DNA of 64,000 nt from Candidatus Saccharimonadota bacterium (GCA_013694995.1 JACDBH010000001.1:66145-130144); one strand, 5' to 3'. Positions 19,895-30,248 are shown, counted from the first letter of the stretch. Notes: generated from the letters alone by a model not told the origin. Translations and numbers: made by a program.

Positions 19895-20139
19895 AACAAC
19901 AGGATGTAGCAGTTATTATAGCAATTGTGTTTTTTGCAGGAGTGTTTTCAGTAGTGCTTTCAAATAAATTCATATCCCCTCCTAGCAGTAAGCGCACGGC
20001 GGAAGTTGTACAGCCAATTACAGCCGATTTTGTGTTACCGAGTACAGATGTCTTTAACGCTACGGCAGAGAACCCAACTCGGCTAATTGAAATTGCACCA
20101 AATGCAAACAACCAGCCGTTTGCAGATGCAAACAATTAA
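19891..20139 (+). CDS. Small membrane-anchored pilus cluster protein
   Basis: 82 aa, TM, NQPF end; between pilO and pilB. Confidence 0.7.
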   Translation: MKQQDVAVIIAIVFFAGVFSVVLSNKFISPPSSKRTAEVVQPITADFVLPSTDVFNATAENPTRLIEIAPNANNQPFADANN

Positions 20140-20148
20140 GGAGGCCGA

Positions 20149-21933
20149 ATGAGTGTTTTATCGGCGTCTACTCAAAAGCAAGTAGAGGAACAGCTCGTCA
20201 AAGATGGCTTGCTTGATGATAGCCAACTCAGTTCACTTAAGGCTAAAGCCGAAAAATCCAGTACGCCACTTTTTTCACTTTTGGTTTCGGACGGTATTGT
20301 CGACAACGAAAATCTTACCAAGGCGACTGCTGTAGTCACAAAAGTCCCATATGTAAATTTGACAACAGCAAGGATTGACCCCGAAACACTAGAACTACTG
20401 CCTCACGAGGTAGCCGAGCAATATATGGCTGTCCCTTTGGGCGAAATGCAACACCGTTTAGTAGTAGCGATGCTCGATGCCGATAATGTGCAGGCTGTAG
20501 ATTTTTTAAGCAATAAAATCGGCCGTCCATTGAAGGTATATGCTGCGAGCGAACAGGGTATTCGCAGTGCATTGATGCAGTATAAAGCCAAACTTGATGA
20601 AAACGTAGCCGGAGCGCTTGCAAAAGACGCGGCCTTACCATCTGGAGGTGAAAATCAAGCTACTGACAAAGACAAGAATATTAAAACAATTGTCCAGGAT
20701 TCACCTATTAGCAAAGCGCTCAGCACTATACTTGAGTACTCCGCCAAAAACCGGGCAAGCGATATCCATATTGAACCGCTTGAGAAGGAACTCAAGATCC
20801 GAGTGCGAATAGATGGGGTACTAAGAGAAATCATGAAGTTGCCTAAAAGCACTGAAGCACCGCTTGTGAGCCGCATTAAGATCTTAAGCAACCTCAAGAT
20901 TGACGAACACCGTATCCCACAGGATGGCCAGTTTACTATCAAGGCCGATAATAAAGAAATTGACCTTCGTATTGCCATTTCTCCGGTGGTTTGGGGAGAG
21001 CAGGTCGTTATCCGGCTTTTGGATAAGTCTGGAACCAGTCTGAAATTGGAAGATATGGGTTATACTGGCCGGGCGTTACGTACTATCCGTAAAGGCATCA
21101 GTAACCCTAACGGCATGATTTTGACTTCCGGACCGACCGGTTCGGGTAAGAGCACGAGTCTTTACGCGCTCATCCAGGAAATTAAAAACGACACCATTAA
21201 CATTGTCACACTAGAAGATCCGGTTGAATATAAGATGAGCGGAATTAACCAGATCCAAATTAATGCCGATGTCGGCCTGACTTTCGCAACTGGTTTACGT
21301 TCGGTCTTGCGCCAGGATCCCGATGTTGTGATGGTAGGGGAGATCCGGGATGCAGAAACGGCAGCGTTGGCTGTGCAGGCAGCACTCACGGGCCACCTAG
21401 TCTTTAGTACGCTTCATACCAACTCTGCTGCCGGTATATTACCGCGTTTACTGGATATGGGCGTAGAACCATTTTTGATAGCCAGTACGGTTCGTACAGT
21501 TATTGGTCAACGACTGGTACGCCGTCTAGCAACTCCCGAAGCCTACCAGTCCGATAAAGCAGAAGCTGGTTTAATAAATGAGCATTTAGGCATGCTTTTA
21601 CCAGAAAAGGACTCTGGTGTTGCGGACGTAGCCGAAGATTTAGGCTATGAAACCTTGCCTCTAAGGGGCCAAAGCGCTTATACTTTATTTAAAGGCAAAG
21701 ACACACCGGATGCGCCGGGCGGATATCGCGGACGGGTCGGTTTGTACGAAGTCTTTGAGGTTACGGAATCAATCCAAGACCTCATCATGAAGCGGGCATC
21801 GAGCGCCGAGATCCAGAAGGCAGCTCAGGCAGAAGGTATGATTACTATGCAACAAGATGGATTCTTCAAAGCACTGGCAGGCAAAACTACCATTGCCGAA
21901 ATAACGAGGGTGGCAGCAGATGACGCAGCATAA
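20149..21933 (+). CDS. pilB: Type IV pilus extension ATPase PilB/GspE
   Basis: ASDIHIEP, GPTGSGKST, TLEDPVE, LRQDPDVVMVGEIRD, TGHLVFSTLHTN. Confidence 0.95.
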   Translation: MSVLSASTQKQVEEQLVKDGLLDDSQLSSLKAKAEKSSTPLFSLLVSDGIVDNENLTKATAVVTKVPYVNLTTARIDPETLELLPHEVAEQYMAVPLGEMQHRLVVAMLDADNVQAVDFLSNKIGRPLKVYAASEQGIRSALMQYKAKLDENVAGALAKDAALPSGGENQATDKDKNIKTIVQDSPISKALSTILEYSAKNRASDIHIEPLEKELKIRVRIDGVLREIMKLPKSTEAPLVSRIKILSNLKIDEHRIPQDGQFTIKADNKEIDLRIAISPVVWGEQVVIRLLDKSGTSLKLEDMGYTGRALRTIRKGISNPNGMILTSGPTGSGKSTSLYALIQEIKNDTINIVTLEDPVEYKMSGINQIQINADVGLTFATGLRSVLRQDPDVVMVGEIRDAETAALAVQAALTGHLVFSTLHTNSAAGILPRLLDMGVEPFLIASTVRTVIGQRLVRRLATPEAYQSDKAEAGLINEHLGMLLPEKDSGVADVAEDLGYETLPLRGQSAYTLFKGKDTPDAPGGYRGRVGLYEVFEVTESIQDLIMKRASSAEIQKAAQAEGMITMQQDGFFKALAGKTTIAEITRVAADDAA

Positions 21934-21943
21934 AGGAGCAGCA

Positions 21944-22057
21944 ATGAAATACAGAGTACAGCGTACAGAGCATAAAATAGGCAAATGTAGTGAATATAAA
22001 CTACTCAGTACTCAGTACTTTCTACTAAGCACTATAAATTCTGAAGGGATTTATTAA
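21944..22057 (+). other. 37-aa bridging ORF made of heptamer repeats between pilB and pilT
   Basis: AGGAG-N5-ATG; TACAGAG and TACTCAG repeats; stop 1 nt before pilT ATG. Confidence 0.45.
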
Positions 22058-22058
22058 T

Positions 22059-23132
22059 ATGGCTGCATCAGCCCAACCTCGTATAGAAATCTTGCTGGAA
22101 GAAGTTATCAAAAAGAAAGCATCCGACTTGCACTTACAAGTAGGCCTTCCACCGATGTTAAGGGTAGACGGCTCATTATTGGCTGTCACAGGTGCCGAGC
22201 CGTTGACCGAAGAATCAATTGAGGTACTGATTTTTGCAGTTTTAGATGATGACCAGAAGCAAATACTTCTTAAAGACAAAGAGTTTGACTTTAGCTTTGC
22301 CTTTGGTGATTTGGGACGTTTCCGGGTTAACGCTTTCCACGAACGGGGTAACCTAGCCGCTGCACTTCGCCTTATCCCGAATGAAGTCATGACAGTTGAG
22401 CAACTTGGACTGCCGCCGGTCATCAGTAAATTTACCGAATATCCCCGCGGCCTTGTGCTGGTAACTGGCCCAACCGGCTCAGGTAAGTCAACGACACTTG
22501 CCGCAATGATTCACAAAATCAATGCCGATCGGGCCTGCCATATCGTAACGATTGAGGATCCGATTGAATTTACACATAAAAGTAACCGCTCAGTGATTGT
22601 ACAGCGTGAAGTTCACTATGATACGTTCTCTTTTAGTGCAGCGCTTAGAAGTGCGCTACGCCAAGACCCGGATGTCGTATTGATTGGTGAGATGCGCGAC
22701 CTTGAAACTATAGCTGCGGCGATTACGATTGCTGAAACCGGCCACTTGGTATTTGCGACACTACACACCAATAGTGCCGCCCAAAGCATCGACCGCATGA
22801 TCGACGTCTTTCCACCGCACCAGCAGCCTCAGATAAGGGCACAGCTAAGCAATATACTGATGGCTATCTGTTCCCAACGTCTTATTCCAGCTATTGGTGG
22901 AGGCCGCATGGCTGCTGCTGAAGTCCTAATTGCTACACCGGCTGTGCGTAACATTATCCGCGAAGGTAAGAGTCACCAGCTTGACGCCGTAATACAGACA
23001 GGGGCAGAGTTTGGGATGCAGAGCATGGATAAGACACTTGTCGGGCTAATACACGCTGGTACTATTACTTATGATGAAGCTAGAAATTTTGCTGTCGATA
23101 TATCCGAATTAGACAGGCTTATGAGAGGCTAA
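22059..23132 (+). CDS. pilT: Type IV pilus retraction ATPase PilT
   Basis: ASDLHL, RFRVNAF, GPTGSGKSTT, ALRQDPD, AVRNIIRE, GMQSMD. Confidence 0.97.
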   Translation: MAASAQPRIEILLEEVIKKKASDLHLQVGLPPMLRVDGSLLAVTGAEPLTEESIEVLIFAVLDDDQKQILLKDKEFDFSFAFGDLGRFRVNAFHERGNLAAALRLIPNEVMTVEQLGLPPVISKFTEYPRGLVLVTGPTGSGKSTTLAAMIHKINADRACHIVTIEDPIEFTHKSNRSVIVQREVHYDTFSFSAALRSALRQDPDVVLIGEMRDLETIAAAITIAETGHLVFATLHTNSAAQSIDRMIDVFPPHQQPQIRAQLSNILMAICSQRLIPAIGGGRMAAAEVLIATPAVRNIIREGKSHQLDAVIQTGAEFGMQSMDKTLVGLIHAGTITYDEARNFAVDISELDRLMRG

Positions 23133-23242
23133 TGATGAGTTTAAAGTCAAAAGTTCATAAAGTTTATAAAGAAGAAAGCAGTACACTTTCTACTTTTGAC
23201 TTGTTACTTTTGACTAGAAAGGCCGAAGGTCTTTCATGTTGA
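23132..23242 (+). other. 36-aa bridging ORF made of palindromic short repeats between pilT and pilC
   Basis: ATG overlaps pilT TAA; frame stays open to TGA at 23240-23242, overlapping the pilC start. Confidence 0.45.
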
Positions 23243-24462
23243 CCTTTAGCTACACAGCCCGGGACAGCAAGACCGGAGCAAAAATAAGTGCGGAAGTCCA
23301 AGCTGACAGTGAAAACGCTGCTGCTAAACTTATCCGTCAGGAAGGCCTTTCACCACTCGAAATACATATAAAAGATGGAACAAGCAATAACCCCATTTCT
23401 AAATTTAAAAATAGGGTCAAATCCAAAGACCGCATATTGTTTGCACGCCAACTATCTACGCTGATTAATGCCGGTCTGCCGTTGGTTCAGAGCATGCGTA
23501 GTGTATTTGACCAGACCCAAAGTAAGCCATTAAAGATTATAGTTGGCAAAATTATTAATGACATTGAAGCTGGTGGTACATTTTCTAGTTCTTTAGCCCG
23601 CCACCCCAAAGTGTTTAACCAAATTTTTGTTAGCCTGATTGCAGCTGGTGAAGTATCTGGTACACTCGATACCGCACTAGAGCGCGTGGCTTTCCAGCAA
23701 GAAAAAGATGCTGAAATTATGAGCAAAGTACGCGGAGCTATGGCATATCCGGCCATTGTTTTGCTCGTCATGACAGCTGTTATCGGCTTTATGGTTGTGA
23801 GTGTTTTGCCCCAAGTAGAGAGTATTTATAAGGAAATGCCTGGTGCCCAGCTGCCGATTTCTACCAAGCTTTTACTTCTATTATCACATTTCGTAATTGA
23901 CTATTGGTGGGCAGTTCTAATCTTCCTAGGTGTAATGATCTTCATAACTACCAAATGGGCGCGTACAGGCCCAGGCAAGCTAATAATAGACCGGGCTAAG
24001 ATGAAAATGTGGCCGATTGGGCAGTTGTTTATGAAGCTTTATATGGCGCGCTTTGCCCGCACCGGCACGACACTGGTTGCAAGTGGCGTACCGCTGCTGC
24101 AGATGTTAGAGATTACAGCAAAGTCAATCAGTAATGTTCACATTGAGGCCGCACTCATTCAAGCTATGGATAAAGTCCGGGGCGGTAAAGCGCTGTCTAC
24201 CGCTATAGAAGGCGACCCAAATTTCCTTGATTTAGTACCTAAGATGCTGCAGATAGGTGAGCAATCCGGGCAGATTGAGCAAATGCTAGCTAAAATTGCT
24301 GAATACTTTGAGAAAGAGGTAGATAATCAGATTAAGACAATATCAACAATTATCGAGCCAGTTATGATGGTGCTTTTAGGCATAGTTGCCTTTATCCTTG
24401 TAGGAGCTATTCTGCTACCTATCTATGGCTTAGCAGGCCAATCCGGGCTTGGAGGGGGATAA
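23236..24462 (+). CDS. pilC: Type IV pilus platform protein PilC/GspF
   Basis: FARQLSTLINAGLPL, AGEVSGTL, AMAYP, IGEQSG, IIEP. Confidence 0.96.
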   Translation: MLTFSYTARDSKTGAKISAEVQADSENAAAKLIRQEGLSPLEIHIKDGTSNNPISKFKNRVKSKDRILFARQLSTLINAGLPLVQSMRSVFDQTQSKPLKIIVGKIINDIEAGGTFSSSLARHPKVFNQIFVSLIAAGEVSGTLDTALERVAFQQEKDAEIMSKVRGAMAYPAIVLLVMTAVIGFMVVSVLPQVESIYKEMPGAQLPISTKLLLLLSHFVIDYWWAVLIFLGVMIFITTKWARTGPGKLIIDRAKMKMWPIGQLFMKLYMARFARTGTTLVASGVPLLQMLEITAKSISNVHIEAALIQAMDKVRGGKALSTAIEGDPNFLDLVPKMLQIGEQSGQIEQMLAKIAEYFEKEVDNQIKTISTIIEPVMMVLLGIVAFILVGAILLPIYGLAGQSGLGGG

Positions 24463-24557
24463 CAGATAACAAAAAAGCTTGTGTTTTAAAAAGCAGCCAT
24501 GTATTATCAATTCATAATAGAAGTAACACAATAGTCGTCAAAGGGGGCATTTGCACT

Positions 24558-25013
24558 ATGTTCAAGAAACTACATAAAGATAACAGAGGGTTCACAATCA
24601 TCGAAGTTTTGATTGTACTTGCAATCGCTGGGTTAATAATGCTGATAGTATTCTTAGCGGTACCAGCTCTACAGCGCAACCAGCGTAACAACGCTCGTAC
24701 GGGTGATGCAGCACGCATCGCTGCTGCAGTCTCCGAATGTCTTGCCAATAGAAATGGGCGGACTGATTCTTGTAACGAATTAGTATTAGATGCAAATTTC
24801 GTGTCCACTACAGCTAGTGAGCTTCAAGTTGGGACAATGAATCAGCTGACGGGTGGACTTACGGGAGGCTCGACAATCACCAGTGGAATACTGGCTTTCG
24901 GTACCATATGCGATCCTACCACAACGAATAGCACTACACTTGGTGCTACGGCGCGTTCGTTCACGCTCGTATTTAAGCTTGAACCTGATATCAGTCGTTG
25001 TATAACCTCTTAA
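24558..25013 (+). CDS. pilA: Type IV major pilin
   Basis: G|FTIIEVLIVLAIAGLI prepilin site; own promoter-like region and terminator. Confidence 0.9.
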   Translation: MFKKLHKDNRGFTIIEVLIVLAIAGLIMLIVFLAVPALQRNQRNNARTGDAARIAAAVSECLANRNGRTDSCNELVLDANFVSTTASELQVGTMNQLTGGLTGGSTITSGILAFGTICDPTTTNSTTLGATARSFTLVFKLEPDISRCITS

Positions 25014-25030
25014 AATAAGATAGTAATACA

Positions 25031-25063
25031 TTCAAAATGAGCCTCTGATAGGCTCATTTTGAA
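25031..25063 (+). terminator. Intrinsic terminator after pilin
   Basis: ttcaaaatgagcct-ctgat-aggctcattttgaa. Confidence 0.75.
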
Positions 25064-25082
25064 TTGTGTTACTATAACGCTA

Positions 25083-25949
25083 ATGATTTATGTAATATTG
25101 AGTATAGTAGGTCTATGCCTAGGTAGTTTTGTGAATGCATTTGTCTGGCGACTGCATGAGCAAGGAGAAGGGAATAGGGCAAGGGGTCGAGGGTCAAGTA
25201 AAAAAGGTAATAAACTTGATCCTAAGCGACTTTCAATCCTGAAAGGCCGGTCCATGTGCCCGCATTGCAAACATGAGCTTGCCGCCAAAGATTTAGTACC
25301 AGTTTTAAGCTGGCTTAGCCTAAAGGGTAAGTGCCGTTACTGTCATAAACCCATATCATGGCAATATCCACTAGTCGAGCTTATTACCGCAGGATTGTTC
25401 ATAGTTTCTTATCTTTTCTGGCCGCTATCTCCAGTCTCCAGTCTCCAATCTTCAGTCAACTTTATAGTGTGGTTAGTAATATTAGTTGGTTTTATGGCGC
25501 TCATCGTCTATGACTTCAAGTGGATGCTGCTGCCGAACCGGATAATCTATCCTCTTATAGCTATAAGTATCGCTCTCGTATCGTTTAATGTTATTTTTAC
25601 CGGCAACTTAAGTTTGCTACTACAAACTGGTTTAAGCGTTTTGATTGCTGGCGGAATATTTTATGCCATTTTTGCAGTTTCTGACGGTAAATGGATAGGT
25701 GGTGGGGATGTAAAGCTAGGGTTTTTAATCGGCTTGCTTCTCATGGATCCCTACCAGTCTTTTTTAGTATTATTTCTATCGTCAATTATTGGAACAATAG
25801 TAGTTGTACCTGGGATGTTGCTTAAAAAGGTCACTGTACGAAGTCGCATACCTTTTGGCCCGTTCCTTATCATAGCCGCTATTATTGTTCGACTGTTCGG
25901 AGCATCAATTGTTACCTGGTATAAGAGCGTATTGTTACTTCAAGCTTGA
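25083..25949 (+). CDS. pilD: Prepilin peptidase
   Basis: GSFVNA..WR, RSMCPHC, GKCRYC..PISWQYP, GGGDVKL, IPFGPF. Confidence 0.95.
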   Translation: MIYVILSIVGLCLGSFVNAFVWRLHEQGEGNRARGRGSSKKGNKLDPKRLSILKGRSMCPHCKHELAAKDLVPVLSWLSLKGKCRYCHKPISWQYPLVELITAGLFIVSYLFWPLSPVSSLQSSVNFIVWLVILVGFMALIVYDFKWMLLPNRIIYPLIAISIALVSFNVIFTGNLSLLLQTGLSVLIAGGIFYAIFAVSDGKWIGGGDVKLGFLIGLLLMDPYQSFLVLFLSSIIGTIVVVPGMLLKKVTVRSRIPFGPFLIIAAIIVRLFGASIVTWYKSVLLLQA

Positions 25950-25986
25950 GCAGTCAAGAATTCAACGCTTATGCTATACTACAGGT

Positions 25987-26811
25987 ATGAATCGGTGGCT
26001 GCAGGCAAAGCTGCCTGATAAGACGAAGCGTCAAAAAAAGTCTGAAGCAGGCTACACTATTACTGAAGTTATGATTGTTCTGGTCGTCAGTGCGGCTATG
26101 TTCACGGCAATTGTTGTCGGATTCCGAGGTCGACAAGCCGAAGTAGAATTTACCCAAGCAGTAAGAAACTTTGAGGCAAAAATACAGAATATGCAAAGTG
26201 ATGTTGTAAATGGCTATTACCCCAACGGCTTTGCCTGTACGGCAAGCGGAGTCAGCCGTCCAAACGTTAATAATTCATCGGTAAGTACGGATCCTGGTAC
26301 TCAAATCAACTGCATTTTTATGGGAAAATTATGGATTTCAGATACGAGTAGCAGTGAGGTTAGGACAATTTTAGGTAAAAGACAGGTTAGCGGAGTAGAT
26401 ATAACCACCACCAATAACAACCTCAGACAAATTAACAGAGACGGTTTGGCCGATATTTATAACCATAGTTTTGGCCTGGAAATTAGACAGGTATTTGCGG
26501 CTGACGGGATTACTCATTTAGGGGTCTTTGGCTACTTATTCCAACTTAGCGGCGGGGTAGCAACGGATTCATCTTCCAGTGGCAAGACTATTTTGTTATA
26601 TGGACTGCCAAATAGTGATCTGGATCATAATTTACTGGCAAGCGGTAATGAACTTGATAATTTACAACTGCAGCCTAATGGTATATTGATATGCTTACGT
26701 GGCGCCAACGGCCGCAGAGCACAGATTAGAATTGGTGAAAGTGGTAGCCAAACATCCATAAATACCGAGATTAATATTGGACCGGCGGAGATTCCCTGTG
26801 GAAACGCGTAA
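25987..26811 (+). CDS. Minor pilin-like protein
   Basis: G|YTITEVMIVL. Confidence 0.85.
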   Translation: MNRWLQAKLPDKTKRQKKSEAGYTITEVMIVLVVSAAMFTAIVVGFRGRQAEVEFTQAVRNFEAKIQNMQSDVVNGYYPNGFACTASGVSRPNVNNSSVSTDPGTQINCIFMGKLWISDTSSSEVRTILGKRQVSGVDITTTNNNLRQINRDGLADIYNHSFGLEIRQVFAADGITHLGVFGYLFQLSGGVATDSSSSGKTILLYGLPNSDLDHNLLASGNELDNLQLQPNGILICLRGANGRRAQIRIGESGSQTSINTEINIGPAEIPCGNA

Positions 26812-27265
26812 AAGACATCAAAGCGGCGATACTATCGTAGAAGTCTTAATTGCCATCGCCGTTATTACCAGTGTTTTGGGCACAGCTTTTGGGACGATGA
26901 ACCGCAATATGCTAATACTACGAGACAACCAGGAGCGTACAGAATCTACAAAGTTAGCCCAGGGTCAGATCGAGAGCTTAAAAGCCGCCTGGGATAATAC
27001 GTCCCAAAAAGCGCAAATTACTGGCCAATCAAGCTTTGGTTTCTGTATGAATGGCACAACAGTCGTGGATCTAACCGGCAATGCTGCTCCAACCGACATA
27101 ACAAGCGCAGATGACTTTGCTAACTATCCAGCGGAATGCAAGAAGTCGTATTACAACATTGGTATTAAGCGATTATCAGGCAAAACATACCGGGTATACG
27201 TACGTTACGACAGAGTTGGCGGCGGTCCGCGCTCAGAAATAATGATGGTGTATACATTGCCATGA
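26798..27265 (+). CDS. Minor pilin (PilV-like)
   Basis: G|DTIVEVLIAIAVI; GTG start after GGAG. Confidence 0.8.
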   Translation: METRKRHQSGDTIVEVLIAIAVITSVLGTAFGTMNRNMLILRDNQERTESTKLAQGQIESLKAAWDNTSQKAQITGQSSFGFCMNGTTVVDLTGNAAPTDITSADDFANYPAECKKSYYNIGIKRLSGKTYRVYVRYDRVGGGPRSEIMMVYTLP

Positions 27266-27918
27266 GTAAGTATGTTAAAAATCAGCACGGGTTTACGATT
27301 ATAGAGCTGATGATTGCCACAGCCGTGTTCTCATTAGTCTTATTGGTTTGTGCGGCAGCGGTTGCGCATGTCGGACGTATATACTACAAAGGAATTGTTA
27401 CTAGTAGGACTCAAGATACTGCCCGGCGTATAAACCAAGAAGTGTCAACGGTCGCCCAGTTTACAGGCTCTTCTGGAATTAGATCCACAGGTCCTGTAAC
27501 TCTCAGCGGTATTGATACCTATGCATATTGTATTGGGAATACGCGCTTTAGCTACGCAAAAGATAAAGCCCTGGGAACTGGTCTAGGAAAGTCAGCACAT
27601 GTCTTATGGAAGGACTCACATGGTCAAACAGAAGCTTGTATACCACTTGACCTTACCCAAACAATACCTGGTGGGGCAGATGGGTCAGAACTTTTAGGGC
27701 CAAATATGCGGCTGCCCATATTCAGTGTGGTTGCGGCCAACAAGCTTGTTACTATAAACTTGACAGTTACTTATGGTGATAGCAGCGATTTATTTATTCC
27801 GGAGGATTTAGCTGCAGTACCGGCTATCCCAGCATATACAATCTGCAAGGGATTATTGGTTGGCGGCCAATTTTGTGCAGTTTCATCAATTAATACTAGT
27901 GTACTGAAACGTTTATAG
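27262..27918 (+). CDS. Minor pilin (PilW-like)
   Basis: G|FTIIELMIATAVF. Confidence 0.85.
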   Translation: MSKYVKNQHGFTIIELMIATAVFSLVLLVCAAAVAHVGRIYYKGIVTSRTQDTARRINQEVSTVAQFTGSSGIRSTGPVTLSGIDTYAYCIGNTRFSYAKDKALGTGLGKSAHVLWKDSHGQTEACIPLDLTQTIPGGADGSELLGPNMRLPIFSVVAANKLVTINLTVTYGDSSDLFIPEDLAAVPAIPAYTICKGLLVGGQFCAVSSINTSVLKRL

Positions 27919-27925
27919 TTATTGT

Positions 27926-29020
27926 ATGATAAGAGTAATTATGAAAAGCCCCATGAGGAGTAATGCGCTAAAAGAAAAGGGATTTATATCCATTTTTACA
28001 GCCATGATTATTATGGGCATTTTGACGCTTCTAGTAATCGGGTTTTCGTTTGCGACTCGCCAGGCTCAGCGCCGTACACTTGATGATCTTCTTAGTCTCC
28101 AGGCTTTTTATGCAGCGGAATCAGGAGTGAATGAAGCAATCGCTGCTTTAAAAATCACACCTAACGAGTCTAAAGACACATGCGACGGAAGTGGTAGTTT
28201 CAACCCAGGATCATTTTCTTATAATGTCGATAACTCAATTGGGCTAAGCTATACATGTCTACTTGTAGACAGCACGGTGGATGATTACGTTAAGGACGAG
28301 ATACCAGTTGTGTCTACCTATAACTCTAACCCCATAGTTATACCGGTTAATACGCCTGCCAACATTACTAATATCGACTTTGCATGGGGTAGTACGGATT
28401 CGTCGGCTACTGCCCGAAACAATGTATTCTCGTCAAATAGTCCACAGTTGCCACCAGCATCTGTTTGGGGTAGCAATATAGGCATGCTCCGTATTGATTT
28501 GGTACCGGCGACTAACCTTGCTCGTGCCAACTTGACCGAAGGCTCATACACATTCTTTTTGTATCCTACCAGTAATACGGGTGCGGCCTATCCTCCTAAT
28601 AATAACGTAGCTGTCTTGAATGGACCATATCAAAGAGGTGGCACGTTAGTAACGCGTTGTACTTCAGCGCTTCCATACCCCTGCAGAGGAACAGTCAATC
28701 TTTTAGGAGCGCCAGCTGGCTCTAGCTATTATATGCGCATACAGGCTTACTACAACTCGGTAAAGTTCAGAATGTCCCCACGTATGGAATTGAGGGGATT
28801 ACAAGCTGTCGTGGACTCAACTGGTAAAGCAAACGATATATTTAGACGAATCCAAGTCCGAGTACCTTTGTATGATATACCCGGGCATGAGCCATTTGGT
28901 TTATCAGTAGCTGACTCTATATGTAAACGATTGGTTGCCGCCCCGCCAGTAGGAGGCGTAGGAGGCACGGCAATTTTGGCTCCTGCATTTATGCCAGCTG
29001 GGTCTTGTAATATAGATTAG
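27926..29020 (+). CDS. PilX-like minor pilin
   Basis: G|FISI lacking Glu5, QAFYAAESGVNEA. Confidence 0.8.
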   Translation: MIRVIMKSPMRSNALKEKGFISIFTAMIIMGILTLLVIGFSFATRQAQRRTLDDLLSLQAFYAAESGVNEAIAALKITPNESKDTCDGSGSFNPGSFSYNVDNSIGLSYTCLLVDSTVDDYVKDEIPVVSTYNSNPIVIPVNTPANITNIDFAWGSTDSSATARNNVFSSNSPQLPPASVWGSNIGMLRIDLVPATNLARANLTEGSYTFFLYPTSNTGAAYPPNNNVAVLNGPYQRGGTLVTRCTSALPYPCRGTVNLLGAPAGSSYYMRIQAYYNSVKFRMSPRMELRGLQAVVDSTGKANDIFRRIQVRVPLYDIPGHEPFGLSVADSICKRLVAAPPVGGVGGTAILAPAFMPAGSCNID

Positions 29021-29937
29021 TTCTTGGTTTTACCGTGGAACTGTTCGTGTACTTTCTTGAGGTGCGGGTCGGTGACATGGGTGTATATTTGGGTTGTAGC
29101 AATGTTACTATGGCCCAGCATGGCTTGAACGGACCTAAGGTCTGCGCCGTTCATCAACAGATCAGTAGCAAAGCTGTGCCTCAGCGTATGCGGGCTGACA
29201 TGCTTGGTTATGCCTGCAAGCAGGGCATAACGGGCAACGAGTCTTTGGACGCTGCGAGCCGTCAGGCGGTAGAAATTACCGTCTAAACTTACTTTTTTAG
29301 CTCCGCTCATGCGCATAAATAGCGGTTTAGAGTTATCCTGCCGCCTAGATATTAACTTTTCAAGCCAATCTGCGGCTTCTTGGCTAATAAAAATCGGCCG
29401 GTCTTTTTGTCCCTTGCCGCGAACCATGAATTCTTTGCGTTTTAAATTAACATGATCCCGGTCAAGTCCGACCAACTCTGATACACGTAGGCCACTCGAG
29501 AAAAGCAACTCCAATATTGCCCGGTCCCTAAGCCCTGTTAATAAGCTAGTGTCAGGTTGGGCAAATAAGCGGTCTAACTCTTCGGGATTTAAGAATGTAA
29601 CTTGTTTGCGGACAACCTTAGCCAGCTCGACTTTATCGGGTGCAAGGGCAGGGATGTCGCGTTTGACGCAGTACTTTAAAAAACTGCGTAGGGCGATAAG
29701 GTGATAATTCTGCGTGTTCTTCTGTAGTTCGTCCGATACATTGGTCCCAAGCCGATTAAGCCATAGCCGCCATTTTCTAAGTAGTTCAGAATCGATCTGA
29801 GAGATTTTTATATCGTCACCGGCAAAGTCCAGTAGTCGAGTAAGGTAGTGGTCGTAGTTCTGGATAGTCTTTTGAGAGCGGTTTTGCTCTATTTCCAGGT
29901 ATTCCAAAAAGTCCGTCTTAAGTTTGCTTACAAGCAT
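29017..29937 (-). CDS. XerC/XerD-family tyrosine recombinase
   Basis: RDRAILELLFSSGLRVSEL, GKGQKDR, HTLRHSFATDLL, LGHS..TTQIYT. Confidence 0.95.
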   Translation of the reverse strand: MLVSKLKTDFLEYLEIEQNRSQKTIQNYDHYLTRLLDFAGDDIKISQIDSELLRKWRLWLNRLGTNVSDELQKNTQNYHLIALRSFLKYCVKRDIPALAPDKVELAKVVRKQVTFLNPEELDRLFAQPDTSLLTGLRDRAILELLFSSGLRVSELVGLDRDHVNLKRKEFMVRGKGQKDRPIFISQEAADWLEKLISRRQDNSKPLFMRMSGAKKVSLDGNFYRLTARSVQRLVARYALLAGITKHVSPHTLRHSFATDLLMNGADLRSVQAMLGHSNIATTQIYTHVTDPHLKKVHEQFHGKTKN

Positions 29938-30248
29938 ACCTAGTAGTAGACTTTCTGCAGGATTAAATCAGTTGACAATTGTTCTCTTAGCATACGGCGT
30001 AAAGCTCTTTTACCTGCCGAAGATTTAAGGTAATGTTCACGGCGACGAGCATCATCTTCGTTTAGGTGTGCTTCATAATATAATAGTTCCCAGGGGATAT
30101 AAGGCTTGGTGGAGCGATTTAATCCTTTATTATGTACTGTTAAGCGCTTTTTTAAGTCATGCGTAAAGCCTACATATAGATTTCCATTTATAGTAGAACG
30201 CAAAAGATATACGTAATAGAACATTGCAGAAAGCTCACTACTAGGCAT
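29936..30248 (-). mobile_element. GIY-YIG cassette bounded by 24-bp imperfect inverted repeats
   Basis: atacctagtagtagactttctgca 29936-29959 / tgcagaaagctcactactaggcat 30225-30248. Confidence 0.6.
29940..30224 (-). CDS. GIY-YIG nuclease-family protein
   Basis: YYVYLL...LYVGFT.DLKKRL..HNKG...TK...PWEL.YYE..A.RRE..LKS. Confidence 0.92.
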   Translation of the reverse strand: MFYYVYLLRSTINGNLYVGFTHDLKKRLTVHNKGLNRSTKPYIPWELLYYEAHLNEDDARRREHYLKSSAGKRALRRMLREQLSTDLILQKVYY

